Source of the DNA: an uncultured Candidatus Saccharibacteria bacterium
GTDB taxonomy: Bacteria > Patescibacteriota > Saccharimonadia > Saccharimonadales > Saccharimonadaceae
Reading direction: 5' to 3'
NCBI GenBank assembly: GCA_963525845.1
Contig: CAURKU010000001.1
Span: 193,311 to 257,310, forward strand
Length of the DNA stretch: 64,000 nt
A program made the translations under genes and the position numbers. Under the pieces are notes generated by a model that saw only the letters and a program-made list of their open reading frames with translations, was not told where the DNA came from and searched no databases. Positions 40,281-50,668 of this stretch are shown piece by piece (position 1 is the stretch's first letter; each line of letters starts with the position of its first letter).

Positions 40281-40600
40281 TACTTGGTCTCCTCCATCTG
40301 CTGCTCTACTGCGTCAAACACATCGAGCTTATCGCCATCTTTCAGCGTCACGTAAGCCTTCTTCCAATCCTTGCGCGTGGTCGTGCCAGGATAGCGGTTC
40401 TTGCCTCGTGAGAAACGCACAGCTTTGCCGTCTTGTACCAAGGTCTTTACCTTCAGGACAGTAACGTCAAATTGCGCTTCAACTGCTGCTTTGATCTCGT
40501 TTTTATTCAGGTTCAGCGGAACGCGGAACACGTAGACACCATTGGCGCTCTGTGCATAGGCTTTCTCGCTGATGCGTGGGATAATTGTCATCTGTTTCAT
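40280..40600 (-). CDS. rplW: 50S ribosomal protein L23
   Basis: ISEKA, KKAYVTL. Confidence 0.96.
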   Translation of the reverse strand: MKQMTIIPRISEKAYAQSANGVYVFRVPLNLNKNEIKAAVEAQFDVTVLKVKTLVQDGKAVRFSRGKNRYPGTTTRKDWKKAYVTLKDGDKLDVFDAVEQQMEETK

Positions 40601-40601
40601 A

Positions 40602-41201
40602 TTACGCTTCCTCCTTACCCAGCCACTCAGTAATTACTGGCAGAGCTTTCGGGGTCATGACAATAGTATCCGCATTCAGAATGTGGTAGACGCTGAGGTA
40701 GTTCGCGCGGATTACCAATACGTTCTGAATGTTGTTTGTGGCACGCATCAATTCTGGCGTCTTTTCGTCGACGACGATCAGGACGCGGCGCTCAAACTTG
40801 TTGTCAGCTAGGAAGGTGGCGACTTCTTTGGTCTTGCCAGTCGTCTTGATATCTTTGACGACGATATTCTTCGCTTCATTTGCTACCGTCAAGGCTTGGC
40901 GAATTGCCACTTTCTTGGCGGTTTTAGACAATTTTTTGGTGTAGTTTTCGTTGCCGCGTGGGCCAAAGACCACACCACCACCGCGCCAGATTGGGTTACG
41001 GGTTGAACCGAAACGTGCTCGACCAGTTCCCTTTTGCTTCCATGGCTTTTTACCACCACCGGAAACTTCACCACGTTGCTTGGTGGTTGCACTTGCCAAA
41101 CGAGCGTTGGCCAGGTAGCTATCGTATGCCAATTTCAACAGTTCGTGATTTGGCACTTCAACAGCAAAAATGTCTTTAGGAAGTTTGGTTGATTCAGCCA
41201 T
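40602..41201 (-). CDS. rplD: 50S ribosomal protein L4
   Basis: KPWKQKGTGRAR, GGGVVFGP. Confidence 0.98.
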   Translation of the reverse strand: MAESTKLPKDIFAVEVPNHELLKLAYDSYLANARLASATTKQRGEVSGGGKKPWKQKGTGRARFGSTRNPIWRGGGVVFGPRGNENYTKKLSKTAKKVAIRQALTVANEAKNIVVKDIKTTGKTKEVATFLADNKFERRVLIVVDEKTPELMRATNNIQNVLVIRANYLSVYHILNADTIVMTPKALPVITEWLGKEEA

Positions 41202-41815
41202 TACTTGTTACCTCCTAAAATAATCAGCCCTTTTCGTGGCCCAGGCACAGCGCCCTTCACCCCGATCAGATTGGTCTCTGGATCAACATATGCCACTTCC
41301 AGGTTCTTGACGGTAACGCGCTCGTGGCCCATGTGGCCAGCCATCGTCTTACCCTTGAACACTTTTTGTGGATACATCGAGCCAATTGAACCTGGCTTAC
41401 GAGTATTACCTTTACCACCGTGCGTCTTGCGGTGACGCTTAAAGTTGTGGCGTTTAATGGTTCCAGCGAAACCTTTACCTTTGCTGGTTCCGGTCGCATC
41501 GACAAAATCGCCGACTTCGAACGCGGAAACGTTGATTTCATCGCCAACTTTGAGCCCCTCAGGGATCTCGTCGACGCGGAATTCCCGAATGTGTTTCGGG
41601 GCCACTTGGGCTGGCTTGACGTGTCCAGCCACGGCCTTGCTCAGGTTCTTACCCTCTCCATAAGCGACCTGTACCGCATTGTAACCGTCGGTTTCGACAG
41701 TCTTCACCTGAGTCACGGTGACAGGGCCGGCTTGGATCAGCGTCACCGGAATGGCTTTGCCGTCTTCAGCCAAGAGCTGGGTCATACCAAGTTTGGTACC
41801 GAGAAGTGTTTTCAC
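41201..41815 (-). CDS. rplC: 50S ribosomal protein L3
   Basis: KLGMTQ, SKGKGFAG, KGAVPG. Confidence 0.98.
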   Translation of the reverse strand: MKTLLGTKLGMTQLLAEDGKAIPVTLIQAGPVTVTQVKTVETDGYNAVQVAYGEGKNLSKAVAGHVKPAQVAPKHIREFRVDEIPEGLKVGDEINVSAFEVGDFVDATGTSKGKGFAGTIKRHNFKRHRKTHGGKGNTRKPGSIGSMYPQKVFKGKTMAGHMGHERVTVKNLEVAYVDPETNLIGVKGAVPGPRKGLIILGGNK

Positions 41816-41962
41816 TTTTCCTCACTCCCACTTAAATACTCCTGATGACGTGCGGTTTCTGGGTTCTGAGTGAGGCGTTTGTGATAAGCGTCCCATCATA
41901 ACCAGACCTGCTCATTCATCAAGGAGAACAGTTGATATTACGCGTAATAGAAATTACCTTGT

Positions 41963-41993
41963 AATTCTAGCACAAAACATTGGTTAAAGTCAA
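41963..41993 (-). promoter_or_regulatory. Sigma70-type promoter for the rplC operon
   Basis: TTGACT-N18-TAGAAT with TG extension. Confidence 0.7.
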
Positions 41994-41998
41994 GTAAA

Positions 41999-42331
41999 TC
42001 AGATCATCACGCCCACTGGCGTAAATGAGGTCAGAATTGCCATTAAAATGAGGGTAACGTACCAAATTTTGCGGTTAAATTGATACTGTTCAATCTTCAG
42101 AACCAGTAACAGTGCCACGAACAAGCCAACTGGCACTGCCTGCACAGTGAAAGCGCCTAACTCAAAGGGGTTCTTTAGACGTAGCCACAACGCACTAAGG
42201 ATGACAAATATCACCAATTTCAAAAAGAACGTGCCGTCATTTTCATAAATTCGCTCGCGTCCTTTGCGACTAAACAAGGCGCTGGACTTTGAGCGGTTGC
42301 GAGCGTAGGTGCGAGATTTTTGTTTTGTCAT
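41999..42331 (-). CDS. Small three-TM membrane protein between rpsJ and rplC
   Basis: Basic N-terminus and three hydrophobic segments. Confidence 0.75.
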   Translation of the reverse strand: MTKQKSRTYARNRSKSSALFSRKGRERIYENDGTFFLKLVIFVILSALWLRLKNPFELGAFTVQAVPVGLFVALLLVLKIEQYQFNRKIWYVTLILMAILTSFTPVGVMI

Positions 42332-42401
42332 AAGCTTGATGAAAATTATAGCATAAAAAATCCGCCCCGTTCAAGAGGCGGAAATTTCTGACATGGTAAA
42401 A

Positions 42402-42719
42402 TTACATACGAATTTCAGCGTCAACGCCAGCTGGCAAGTTCAAGTTCTGCAAGCTATCGATGGTCTTTGGCGTTGCGTTAGTGATGTCGATCAACCGCTT
42501 GTGAACGCGGCGCTCGTAGGTCTCACCACCCATTTTGTACACGTGTGGGCTTTTTACCACTGTGTAGGTGCTGCGGCGAGTTGGCAGCGGCACTGGGCCA
42601 GCAACGTTCGCGCCGGTGCGAATTGCAGTGTCAATGATTTGTTTTGCTGATTGGTCGATGACTTTGTGGTCATACGCCTTCAGTCGGATGCGGATTTTAA
42701 TCCCGGTATCTTGAGCCAT
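42402..42719 (-). CDS. rpsJ: 30S ribosomal protein S10
   Basis: [24 protein letters not shown]. Confidence 0.98.
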   Translation of the reverse strand: MAQDTGIKIRIRLKAYDHKVIDQSAKQIIDTAIRTGANVAGPVPLPTRRSTYTVVKSPHVYKMGGETYERRVHKRLIDITNATPKTIDSLQNLNLPAGVDAEIRM

Positions 42720-42814
42720 GGCTCCTCCTTTTGTACAATCCCGTAACCTCTAATTGCCATATTTTATGAACAACTGAGTTCTCGAGACAAATTATTATTA
42801 ACTAGGCGATTATA

Positions 42815-43759
42815 TCAATTTTCCTGGGCTTTATCAAGATGAGCAATCATCTCGCCGATGATCGCAGCGGAGTTGTTCAGCGACTGCTTCTCGCGCTCAG
42901 TTAGTGGATAGCCCGTCAAAATTTTCACGCCGTCACAACAAATGATCGACGGCAAGCCCAATACGACATTGTCCAGTCCATATTCACCCTCAGCCAGTGA
43001 ACAAACTGGATAGACCGTGCGCGTTGACCGACGCAATGCTGAGACGATTTTAGAGACGACAAAGCCAATGGCAAAATACGTCGATTTCTTCGTCTCAATC
43101 ACTCGGTAGGCGCGGTCACGGATTTTCTGCTCAATGCCCTCAATCATCTCCTCCGTAAAGCCCGGATATTCTCGAATAGGCACTTCACCAATCTGCGCGG
43201 TCTCAATGGTTGAGAACGAAGAATCACCATGCTCACCCAGGATGTAAGCATCGACGGCCTTACTGTCAACATTCAACGCATCTGCCAAGTATGATTTCAA
43301 CCGCGAGGTGTCCAGTGTTGTTCCCGTGCCAAACACTCGGGTTTTTGGTAGTCCCGACTCTTTCAACGCTACGTAGGTCAAGACATCGACTGGGTTGCTG
43401 ACGACCACCAAATACGGCTTGGCGCCACCAGCCATAATGTTTTTGACAATGTCACGCATGATACTGGCATTGACACCGACCAGCTCCAGCCGCGTCTGAC
43501 CTGGTAGCTGTGGCGAGCCGGCGGTGATGACCACGATGTCATCGTCGTTGATATCAGCATAGTCACCCGTGCGCACCACCACGTTGCGGTCAAGCCCCAT
43601 AGCGTCGTTGATATCCGCCGCCTGACCCCACGCTAAATCCGCATTACGGTCAATCAGCACAATCTCCTCAATCACACTGCGCAGCGCACAAGCATACGCC
43701 GTCGTCGCGCCAACCATTCCGCCGCCACCAATAATCACCAATTTCTGTTTATTCACCAT
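42815..43759 (-). CDS. ldh: L-lactate dehydrogenase
   Basis: GGGMVG, ITAG..Q.PGQTRL (Gln at the specificity position), NPVD, LDTSR, GEHGDS. Confidence 0.9.
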   Translation of the reverse strand: MVNKQKLVIIGGGGMVGATTAYACALRSVIEEIVLIDRNADLAWGQAADINDAMGLDRNVVVRTGDYADINDDDIVVITAGSPQLPGQTRLELVGVNASIMRDIVKNIMAGGAKPYLVVVSNPVDVLTYVALKESGLPKTRVFGTGTTLDTSRLKSYLADALNVDSKAVDAYILGEHGDSSFSTIETAQIGEVPIREYPGFTEEMIEGIEQKIRDRAYRVIETKKSTYFAIGFVVSKIVSALRRSTRTVYPVCSLAEGEYGLDNVVLGLPSIICCDGVKILTGYPLTEREKQSLNNSAAIIGEMIAHLDKAQEN

Positions 43760-43791
43760 ATCTCCTTTTTGTGTTAGATGTATTGTCTATA

Positions 43792-44388
43792 CTATTTTAC
43801 CATAGGTACCATGTCGTTAGGACCGGGGTTGAGGTTACAGGACTCCTCGAGGCCAAAGCCTTCTCGTGCTCGACCTTGATCCATGGCACGGATATTATAC
43901 CCACCAGTAGCGTTCGGATTGGCATCTACAAAGTAATAATGAATCTCTCCCTCAGGGAGCTGGCGTGGAATACACATATGAGCGCCGCCATTGTCATTTT
44001 CTTTCCAGCCATCACGAGGATACCCTTTGCCCTCACAGCGCGTGGAATCAACCTCTGCGGCAACTTTATCCCAACCACTACTAATTAGTGCGTCTTCCCA
44101 AGACAATGCATACTCTTTGTCCTGGAAACACACGACCAAGTTTTCGTCGTCAGAGAACCCGGCTGTATTTTCTATGTTTGGATATTTTGACGAAGCCTCA
44201 GCCTCAAGACCATCATCAACTGGAGAGGTGTCTTCCGTGCTGACAACTTCTGGCTGCGTAACATGTTGCTGTTCGTCCGCTGGTTTTTCGCAGCCGACTA
44301 GGCTTAACGACAGTGTACCAGCTGCCGCCACAGCTGCAGCTCGCCTCCACCAAGAAAAACCGTATTCTAACCCCGCTTCTCTGTTCAT
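43792..44388 (-). CDS. Putative exported/lipoprotein-like hypothetical protein
   Basis: Signal-like stretch ending LSLVGC; SD AAGGAG before ATG 44388. Confidence 0.65.
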   Translation of the reverse strand: MNREAGLEYGFSWWRRAAAVAAAGTLSLSLVGCEKPADEQQHVTQPEVVSTEDTSPVDDGLEAEASSKYPNIENTAGFSDDENLVVCFQDKEYALSWEDALISSGWDKVAAEVDSTRCEGKGYPRDGWKENDNGGAHMCIPRQLPEGEIHYYFVDANPNATGGYNIRAMDQGRAREGFGLEESCNLNPGPNDMVPMVK

Positions 44389-44524
44389 ATGATTACTCCT
44401 TATTTGGTTAATGTTACCCTCTCCCGACCCTTTACCCATTACCATACCAATGCGGTTTATGATTGTCAATACAAATAAAATACCCCCGATGATCGAGGGT
44501 ATTTTGGGTAATCTGCCAGAGTGA

Positions 44525-45709
<1,185 letters not shown>

Positions 45710-45885
45710 TTGTAGAAGTTCTCCTTATTTAATTATTATTTCACGCGGGTATGACCAATTAAAGGCTCCACGGCGTATGCGCTTAATTATAGCGGGTTTT
45801 ATAATATTTCGCAAGGAAATCGTCCCTGATTTTATAAATTGCACCATTCTGGAGGCTTGCGTGAACATCGCTGGCTTGAGCCATG

Positions 45886-47577
45886 TCACAAAACGTCTTC
45901 ATCGCTATGCCGCGACAGACCAATGATGTCGCGAGCGCGCACCAGATAGAACATATCATTTTCGCGGTCGCCAATCATCAGTACTGGCTCACCAAAACTA
46001 AGTGGCAAATCCGTGACTTTTGTGATGTTTCCGTCAAACCTCGACGGATCATCCAGCTCTGGGTTCCATACCGCCAACCGATCCGCCCGCAGGGTGAACG
46101 GCTCAGTACCCTTATCATCACCGACTTCTTGCAGCGGAGCATCGTTCCACGAGACAACGTTCAGCAGGTCGCTTGGCAAACAACGATACGCCATGACCGT
46201 ACACTCGCCGTCAAAGTCATGCGGGTTGTCGATGAATCCCAAGATACTGTGCGCCTCATCATCATATTGTTTCAGTATCTCAAGCTGCTCTTCTAGAGAA
46301 AACTGATAGAAAGCCTCCTCGAACACACCTCCAGCGTCCTCAGCAATGTTATGTAACTCATCAACGGCAAATTGTAGATCTTCTGCGTCACTCTCTAAGT
46401 TTTCAAACCGTAATAACTTGTCACGACTAGGGATTACATAGACACTTCGCGACTGGCTACTTGAATAATCAAACACACCTACCTCAATCACCGCGTGAAA
46501 GGATTCGTCATATTTAACAAATTTTGCCTCACTGACATATGCCCTATCGCTGTCGACAAACTCAAGCTTCAAATTGCCATCCGTACCACTTGGCGCCAAC
46601 ACAAAACCCGACAAGCTGACGGCATCAAGCTCACCAACATACGGCAATGCATTATTTAGCGTCTGGACATGTTCGCGCAGTGCATCCGGGAGATCAGCTT
46701 CCTCAGTGTATGAAAGATCAGTCGCCAGCTGCCACGCCAACTGCTGGAATTCCTCAGTAAAGACTGTTTCGAACAAATCAGCACCGTCCTCAAACCCTTC
46801 TTCATCAGTTGGCATGATATCAACCATATCTTTCACATCAACCCAAAACAGCACTGACTGATCTTCTTTGTCGAACATTTCCAGGACTGGTCGATTGCCG
46901 CGCCAGGTGAAAATTGGTAGGTCAGCAAATAGGACTTGAGTATCTGCGTCAACATCAACGCCATATTCATTAGCTCCGACCCTCCGAGCGTATGCCCTAC
47001 ACTCCACCCGCACCCCAGTACCGCAAATTACTTCATCTAGTACCGTGTTCAAGTCACCTATCAGCTCTCGCCTGGACGCAGCGTCTTGAATATCATTAGC
47101 CTTGACGACTTCTTCGGTCTTGTCAACATAATGGCGCAATTTGCGGACATGACGTGGTACACCACTGGTGTCGGGCAATAGCTCTGCTGTTACGATCGCT
47201 TGCCGGTCAATTGGAAAATAATAGTCCATTGCCTCATCACGCTGCACTGTACGCACGCATAACGCCGCCATCTCGTTGGTGTACGTGGCAAACGGCACTG
47301 ATTCATCAGGGCCAATCTCCACTGACGTCACCACGTCCGCCACGCCCTCAACTGCCCGTAGCTCATATGTATCATCACTCGCGGCTTGAGCATACCCAAT
47401 CACCCGCACCCGCTCACCTTCAATTTCGTCAGTACGCATCACTCGCTCAACATCACCTAGCGCCCCAGCCTCTTTCTCGCTGCCAAGTTGCATATTAGCC
47501 ATGGCAATTTCTTGCCAATCATCCGTCGACAATTGACCCAAGAGATTGACACCGGTCTCTACTTGTGGTGATTTCAT
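45886..47577 (-). CDS. Large acidic hypothetical protein with apparent internal duplication
   Basis: 563-aa ORF; no family recognised. Confidence 0.75.
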   Translation of the reverse strand: MKSPQVETGVNLLGQLSTDDWQEIAMANMQLGSEKEAGALGDVERVMRTDEIEGERVRVIGYAQAASDDTYELRAVEGVADVVTSVEIGPDESVPFATYTNEMAALCVRTVQRDEAMDYYFPIDRQAIVTAELLPDTSGVPRHVRKLRHYVDKTEEVVKANDIQDAASRRELIGDLNTVLDEVICGTGVRVECRAYARRVGANEYGVDVDADTQVLFADLPIFTWRGNRPVLEMFDKEDQSVLFWVDVKDMVDIMPTDEEGFEDGADLFETVFTEEFQQLAWQLATDLSYTEEADLPDALREHVQTLNNALPYVGELDAVSLSGFVLAPSGTDGNLKLEFVDSDRAYVSEAKFVKYDESFHAVIEVGVFDYSSSQSRSVYVIPSRDKLLRFENLESDAEDLQFAVDELHNIAEDAGGVFEEAFYQFSLEEQLEILKQYDDEAHSILGFIDNPHDFDGECTVMAYRCLPSDLLNVVSWNDAPLQEVGDDKGTEPFTLRADRLAVWNPELDDPSRFDGNITKVTDLPLSFGEPVLMIGDRENDMFYLVRARDIIGLSRHSDEDVL

Positions 47578-47648
47578 ATAGTTGTATCGTATACCTCTAC
47601 GAACTAAACTTCAAGCATAATCGTCGCTCCATGCGGTATACTATAACC

Positions 47649-49616
47649 ATGAGCAAGAAAACCCTGGTTGAGCTTGATCCGTGGCTGGCGCCGCATGAAC
47701 CCGTCATCAAGGCGCGCGAGGCGTATGTTTCGTCGACGCTGCGGAGGGTTTTGGACGGTAAATCGCCGGCAGATTTCGCCTTGGGGTTTTTACATTTTGG
47801 CTTGCATCAGACAGCGGCGGGCTGGACGTTTCGTGAGTGGGCACCGAATGCTACGCGCATAGTGATGGTTGGCGATTTTTCTGACTGGCAGGAGCGCGAG
47901 GAGTTTGCCCTACAGCCTGGCACACATGGTGAATGGAGTGTTGATTTGCCGGGGAGCGCACTGCACCACGGGCAGAAATATAAATTGCGCGTCTATTGGC
48001 CAAATGGCGACGGTTGGCGTTTACCGTCATATGCCACCTACGTCGTCCAGGATGATGATTCGGTGGATTTTTCGGCCGTCGTTTGGCGGCCTGATGAGCC
48101 GTATCAGTGGCAACATGACGTTCTGCCTGCACCAAACGTACCGCTTATTTACGAGGCGCATGTTGGTATGAGCAGCGAGGAGGAAAAGGTCGCCAGTTTC
48201 AATGAATTTACCGCGGGCGTCCTACCACACATCAAACAAGCTGGCTACAACACCATCCAGCTGATGGCCATCGCCGAGCACCCGTACTACGGCAGCTTTG
48301 GTTATCATGTTAGTAATTTTTTCGCGGTGTCGTCACGGTTTGGCACGCCCGATGATTTCAAACGGCTGGTGGACACGGCGCACGGTTTAGGGCTACGCGT
48401 CATCATCGACATCGTCCACGCTCATGCCGCTAAAAATGAGGTCGAGGGCCTCGGCAATTTCGCGGGCAGCCCGACGCAATATTTCAAGGCTCACGACCAT
48501 CCAGCCTGGGACTCGCGGTTGTTTGATTATGGCAAGCCGGAAGTGCTGCACTTTTTAGCCAGCAATTGCCGCTGGTGGCTGGACGAGTACCACGTTGATG
48601 GCTTTCGATTTGACGGTGTGACCAGCATGCTGTATCACGACCATGGCTTGGGCAAAAGTTTCACCAGCTATGATGATTATTTTGGCGACGATGTTGATAA
48701 GGACGCACTAGTCTATCTCAAACTGGCCAATGACGTCATTCACGCCGTTCGCCCCGATGCTACGACCATTGCCGAGGAAATGAGTGGGCTACCGGGCTTG
48801 GCGGCGCCGACAGAACACGGCGGCCTGGGCTTTGATTATCGCTTGGCGATGGGCGCACCTGATCTCTGGATTAAAACGCTGAAGGAAAAGCGCGACGAAG
48901 ATTGGGACTTGGGCGAGCTGGCACATACGCTAAGTTCGCACCGCCCAGAGGAAAAAGTCATCACCTACGCCGAGAGTCATGATCAAGCCTTGGTCGGCGA
49001 CAAAACGCTGATTTTTCGCCTGATCGACAAAGCCATGTACTGGCACATGGACAAAGCCGACCCCGACCTGACCGTGGAACGCGGCATAGCCCTGCACAAA
49101 CTTATCCGCCTGCTGACCGCTGGGCTACACGGCGGCGGCTACCTCAACTTTATGGGTAATGAATTTGGACACCCCGAGTGGATCGACTTTCCGCGTCAGG
49201 GCAATGATTGGTCGTTCAAGCACGCGCGGCGCCAGTGGAGTTTACGCGACAATGGCTTTCTCAAATACCAATGGCTCGGTGAATTTGACGCGAACCTGAT
49301 GAAACTCATCAAAACCGTTGACGTCCCCGGCATTCACTACCTCACCATTCGTCAAGATGACCACGTAGTTAGTTTTATGCGCGGTGACCTGCTGTTCATC
49401 ATCAACTTCTCACCCAGTCAGTCACAAACGGACTATGCACTGCCAGTAGTGGCTGGATCATACCGAGTAGCCCTCAGCAGCGACGACCAGCAGTTTGGCG
49501 GTCACGGACGAGTCCAACAAAACCAGCGATATTTCACCACACCAGGGGCGCATGGCGACAATGTACGGGTATATCTACCAGTGCGCAGTGGGTTGGTTCT
49601 GTGTAGAATTGACTAG
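47649..49616 (+). CDS. glgB: 1,4-alpha-glucan branching enzyme (GH13)
   Basis: FREWAPNA, YEAHVGM, HPYYGSFGY, GFRFDGVTSM, IAEEMSG, ESHDQ. Confidence 0.95.
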   Translation: MSKKTLVELDPWLAPHEPVIKAREAYVSSTLRRVLDGKSPADFALGFLHFGLHQTAAGWTFREWAPNATRIVMVGDFSDWQEREEFALQPGTHGEWSVDLPGSALHHGQKYKLRVYWPNGDGWRLPSYATYVVQDDDSVDFSAVVWRPDEPYQWQHDVLPAPNVPLIYEAHVGMSSEEEKVASFNEFTAGVLPHIKQAGYNTIQLMAIAEHPYYGSFGYHVSNFFAVSSRFGTPDDFKRLVDTAHGLGLRVIIDIVHAHAAKNEVEGLGNFAGSPTQYFKAHDHPAWDSRLFDYGKPEVLHFLASNCRWWLDEYHVDGFRFDGVTSMLYHDHGLGKSFTSYDDYFGDDVDKDALVYLKLANDVIHAVRPDATTIAEEMSGLPGLAAPTEHGGLGFDYRLAMGAPDLWIKTLKEKRDEDWDLGELAHTLSSHRPEEKVITYAESHDQALVGDKTLIFRLIDKAMYWHMDKADPDLTVERGIALHKLIRLLTAGLHGGGYLNFMGNEFGHPEWIDFPRQGNDWSFKHARRQWSLRDNGFLKYQWLGEFDANLMKLIKTVDVPGIHYLTIRQDDHVVSFMRGDLLFIINFSPSQSQTDYALPVVAGSYRVALSSDDQQFGGHGRVQQNQRYFTTPGAHGDNVRVYLPVRSGLVLCRID

Positions 49617-49774
49617 GGCTTAGCGACGTACTGAAACATAAACAAACAGCATACTTGACTTTTTACTATTGTATGATACTATGCAAATAGCTTTTCATTC
49701 GTCGTGAGGCGTTTGAAAAGAGTACTTGTCCAATTGCATCTTTTTTTCTGAGTTTTCGAGAGGAGGTGAAGAAG

Positions 49775-50032
49775 ATGTGGTTCTTGCTGGGGGCAGCGTT
49801 ACTGGTCGTGGTGCTACTCATAGTAGTAGCGCTGTTGCGACGGATTGTACGTCGTAAGAGCACGTGGAATGCCACGCTGCTGGTCGTGGTCCTGTTGGCC
49901 ATCGGGCAATATTGGGTTCTTCCGCTCAAGGGAAATGCCCATGAGCTGCAAGGCGGTTTTGCCATTATGGCGGGACTGAGCCTGTTTAGTGTCCTCACGT
50001 CATTTTCATGGGGACGCAACCCGGGCAAATAA
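49775..50032 (+). CDS. Small three-TM membrane protein (85 aa)
   Basis: SD GGAGG 8 nt before ATG 49775; promoter TTGACT-N16-TACTAT at 49655-49682. Confidence 0.7.
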   Translation: MWFLLGAALLVVVLLIVVALLRRIVRRKSTWNATLLVVVLLAIGQYWVLPLKGNAHELQGGFAIMAGLSLFSVLTSFSWGRNPGK

Positions 50033-50144
50033 CTTGCCCACCGAAAATAGTTCGCCGAATCGGCTCAACCTGATTGAGTGCCTTGTGGCATTCTCGGGTC
50101 GACCAAGCCCGATTCAGCTTGAGCCAGTTCGGTGGGCTATTTTC
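50023..50144 (+). ncRNA. Candidate structured RNA (three-way junction on a long stem)
   Basis: 31-nt arms 50043-50073 and 50114-50144 pair with four G-U wobbles; two internal hairpins. Confidence 0.5.
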
Positions 50145-50150
50145 ATTTCA

Positions 50151-50303
50151 TTGACTTTTTTGTAAATATGTGCTATATTATGAGTTAGCCTGTTCGGCAC
50201 CTCTCGTGAGGTCGCTAACTGCGCTTCGCCGTCAAGCCAGATGCTTGGTGGCTTGAGGCGCGGAAAGGCCGCACCTCACACTCTCCGAAAGGAGGTGGGC
50301 GCA
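50151..50303 (+). promoter_or_regulatory. Promoter (TTGACT-N17-TATATT) and structured 5' leader with occluded SD
   Basis: Several hairpins; SD lies inside CTCC-GAAA-GGAG at 50283-50294. Confidence 0.6.
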
Positions 50304-50531
50304 ATGCCCGCCATCAAAAAGGTTTCCCTGATTATTATCGCTGGGGCTCTAGCCATTCCGGCTTTGGCCGGGATGGCGGTTCAGCTCGATGAAGCCTTCC
50401 CATCCATTTTTTATACAAAATGGATGGCGGGGTTGGAAGTCGGCACTATTATAGGCGCCCTCGCTGCGGCGGCCTTCTGGCCGTCTTCACCTCCTACCCC
50501 TCCTCTCGCCTCTGACGAAGAGGAGGAGTAG
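50304..50531 (+). CDS. Small two-TM membrane protein (75 aa) with Pro-rich/acidic tail
   Basis: SD GGAGG before ATG 50304; two hydrophobic segments. Confidence 0.65.
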   Translation: MPAIKKVSLIIIAGALAIPALAGMAVQLDEAFPSIFYTKWMAGLEVGTIIGALAAAAFWPSSPPTPPLASDEEEE

Positions 50532-50607
50532 ACCCGGAGAGTAAGGTGCTCCGCGCCAGCAGAGGCGCGCGTTAAGAAATGTCTGTAAAATCGCGGAAAC
50601 TCCGCGT

Positions 50608-50631
50608 CCCCACGCACGTCGTGGGGTTTTT
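50608..50631 (+). terminator. Intrinsic terminator
   Basis: CCCCACG-loop-CGTGGGG followed by a T run. Confidence 0.75.
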
Positions 50632-50668
50632 CTTGGCAAAAATTTGATAAAGTTTGATACACTAATTA

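Noticed and set aside
43792..44388. Lipobox as evidence of a lipoprotein pathway
   Set aside because: One LVGC motif without lgt/lspA in view is insufficient.
50020..50150. Integron attC, SRP RNA or tRNA reading of the hairpin
   Set aside because: No RYYYAAC/GTTRRRY ends, no integron integrase, no SRP domain IV motif and no T-loop.
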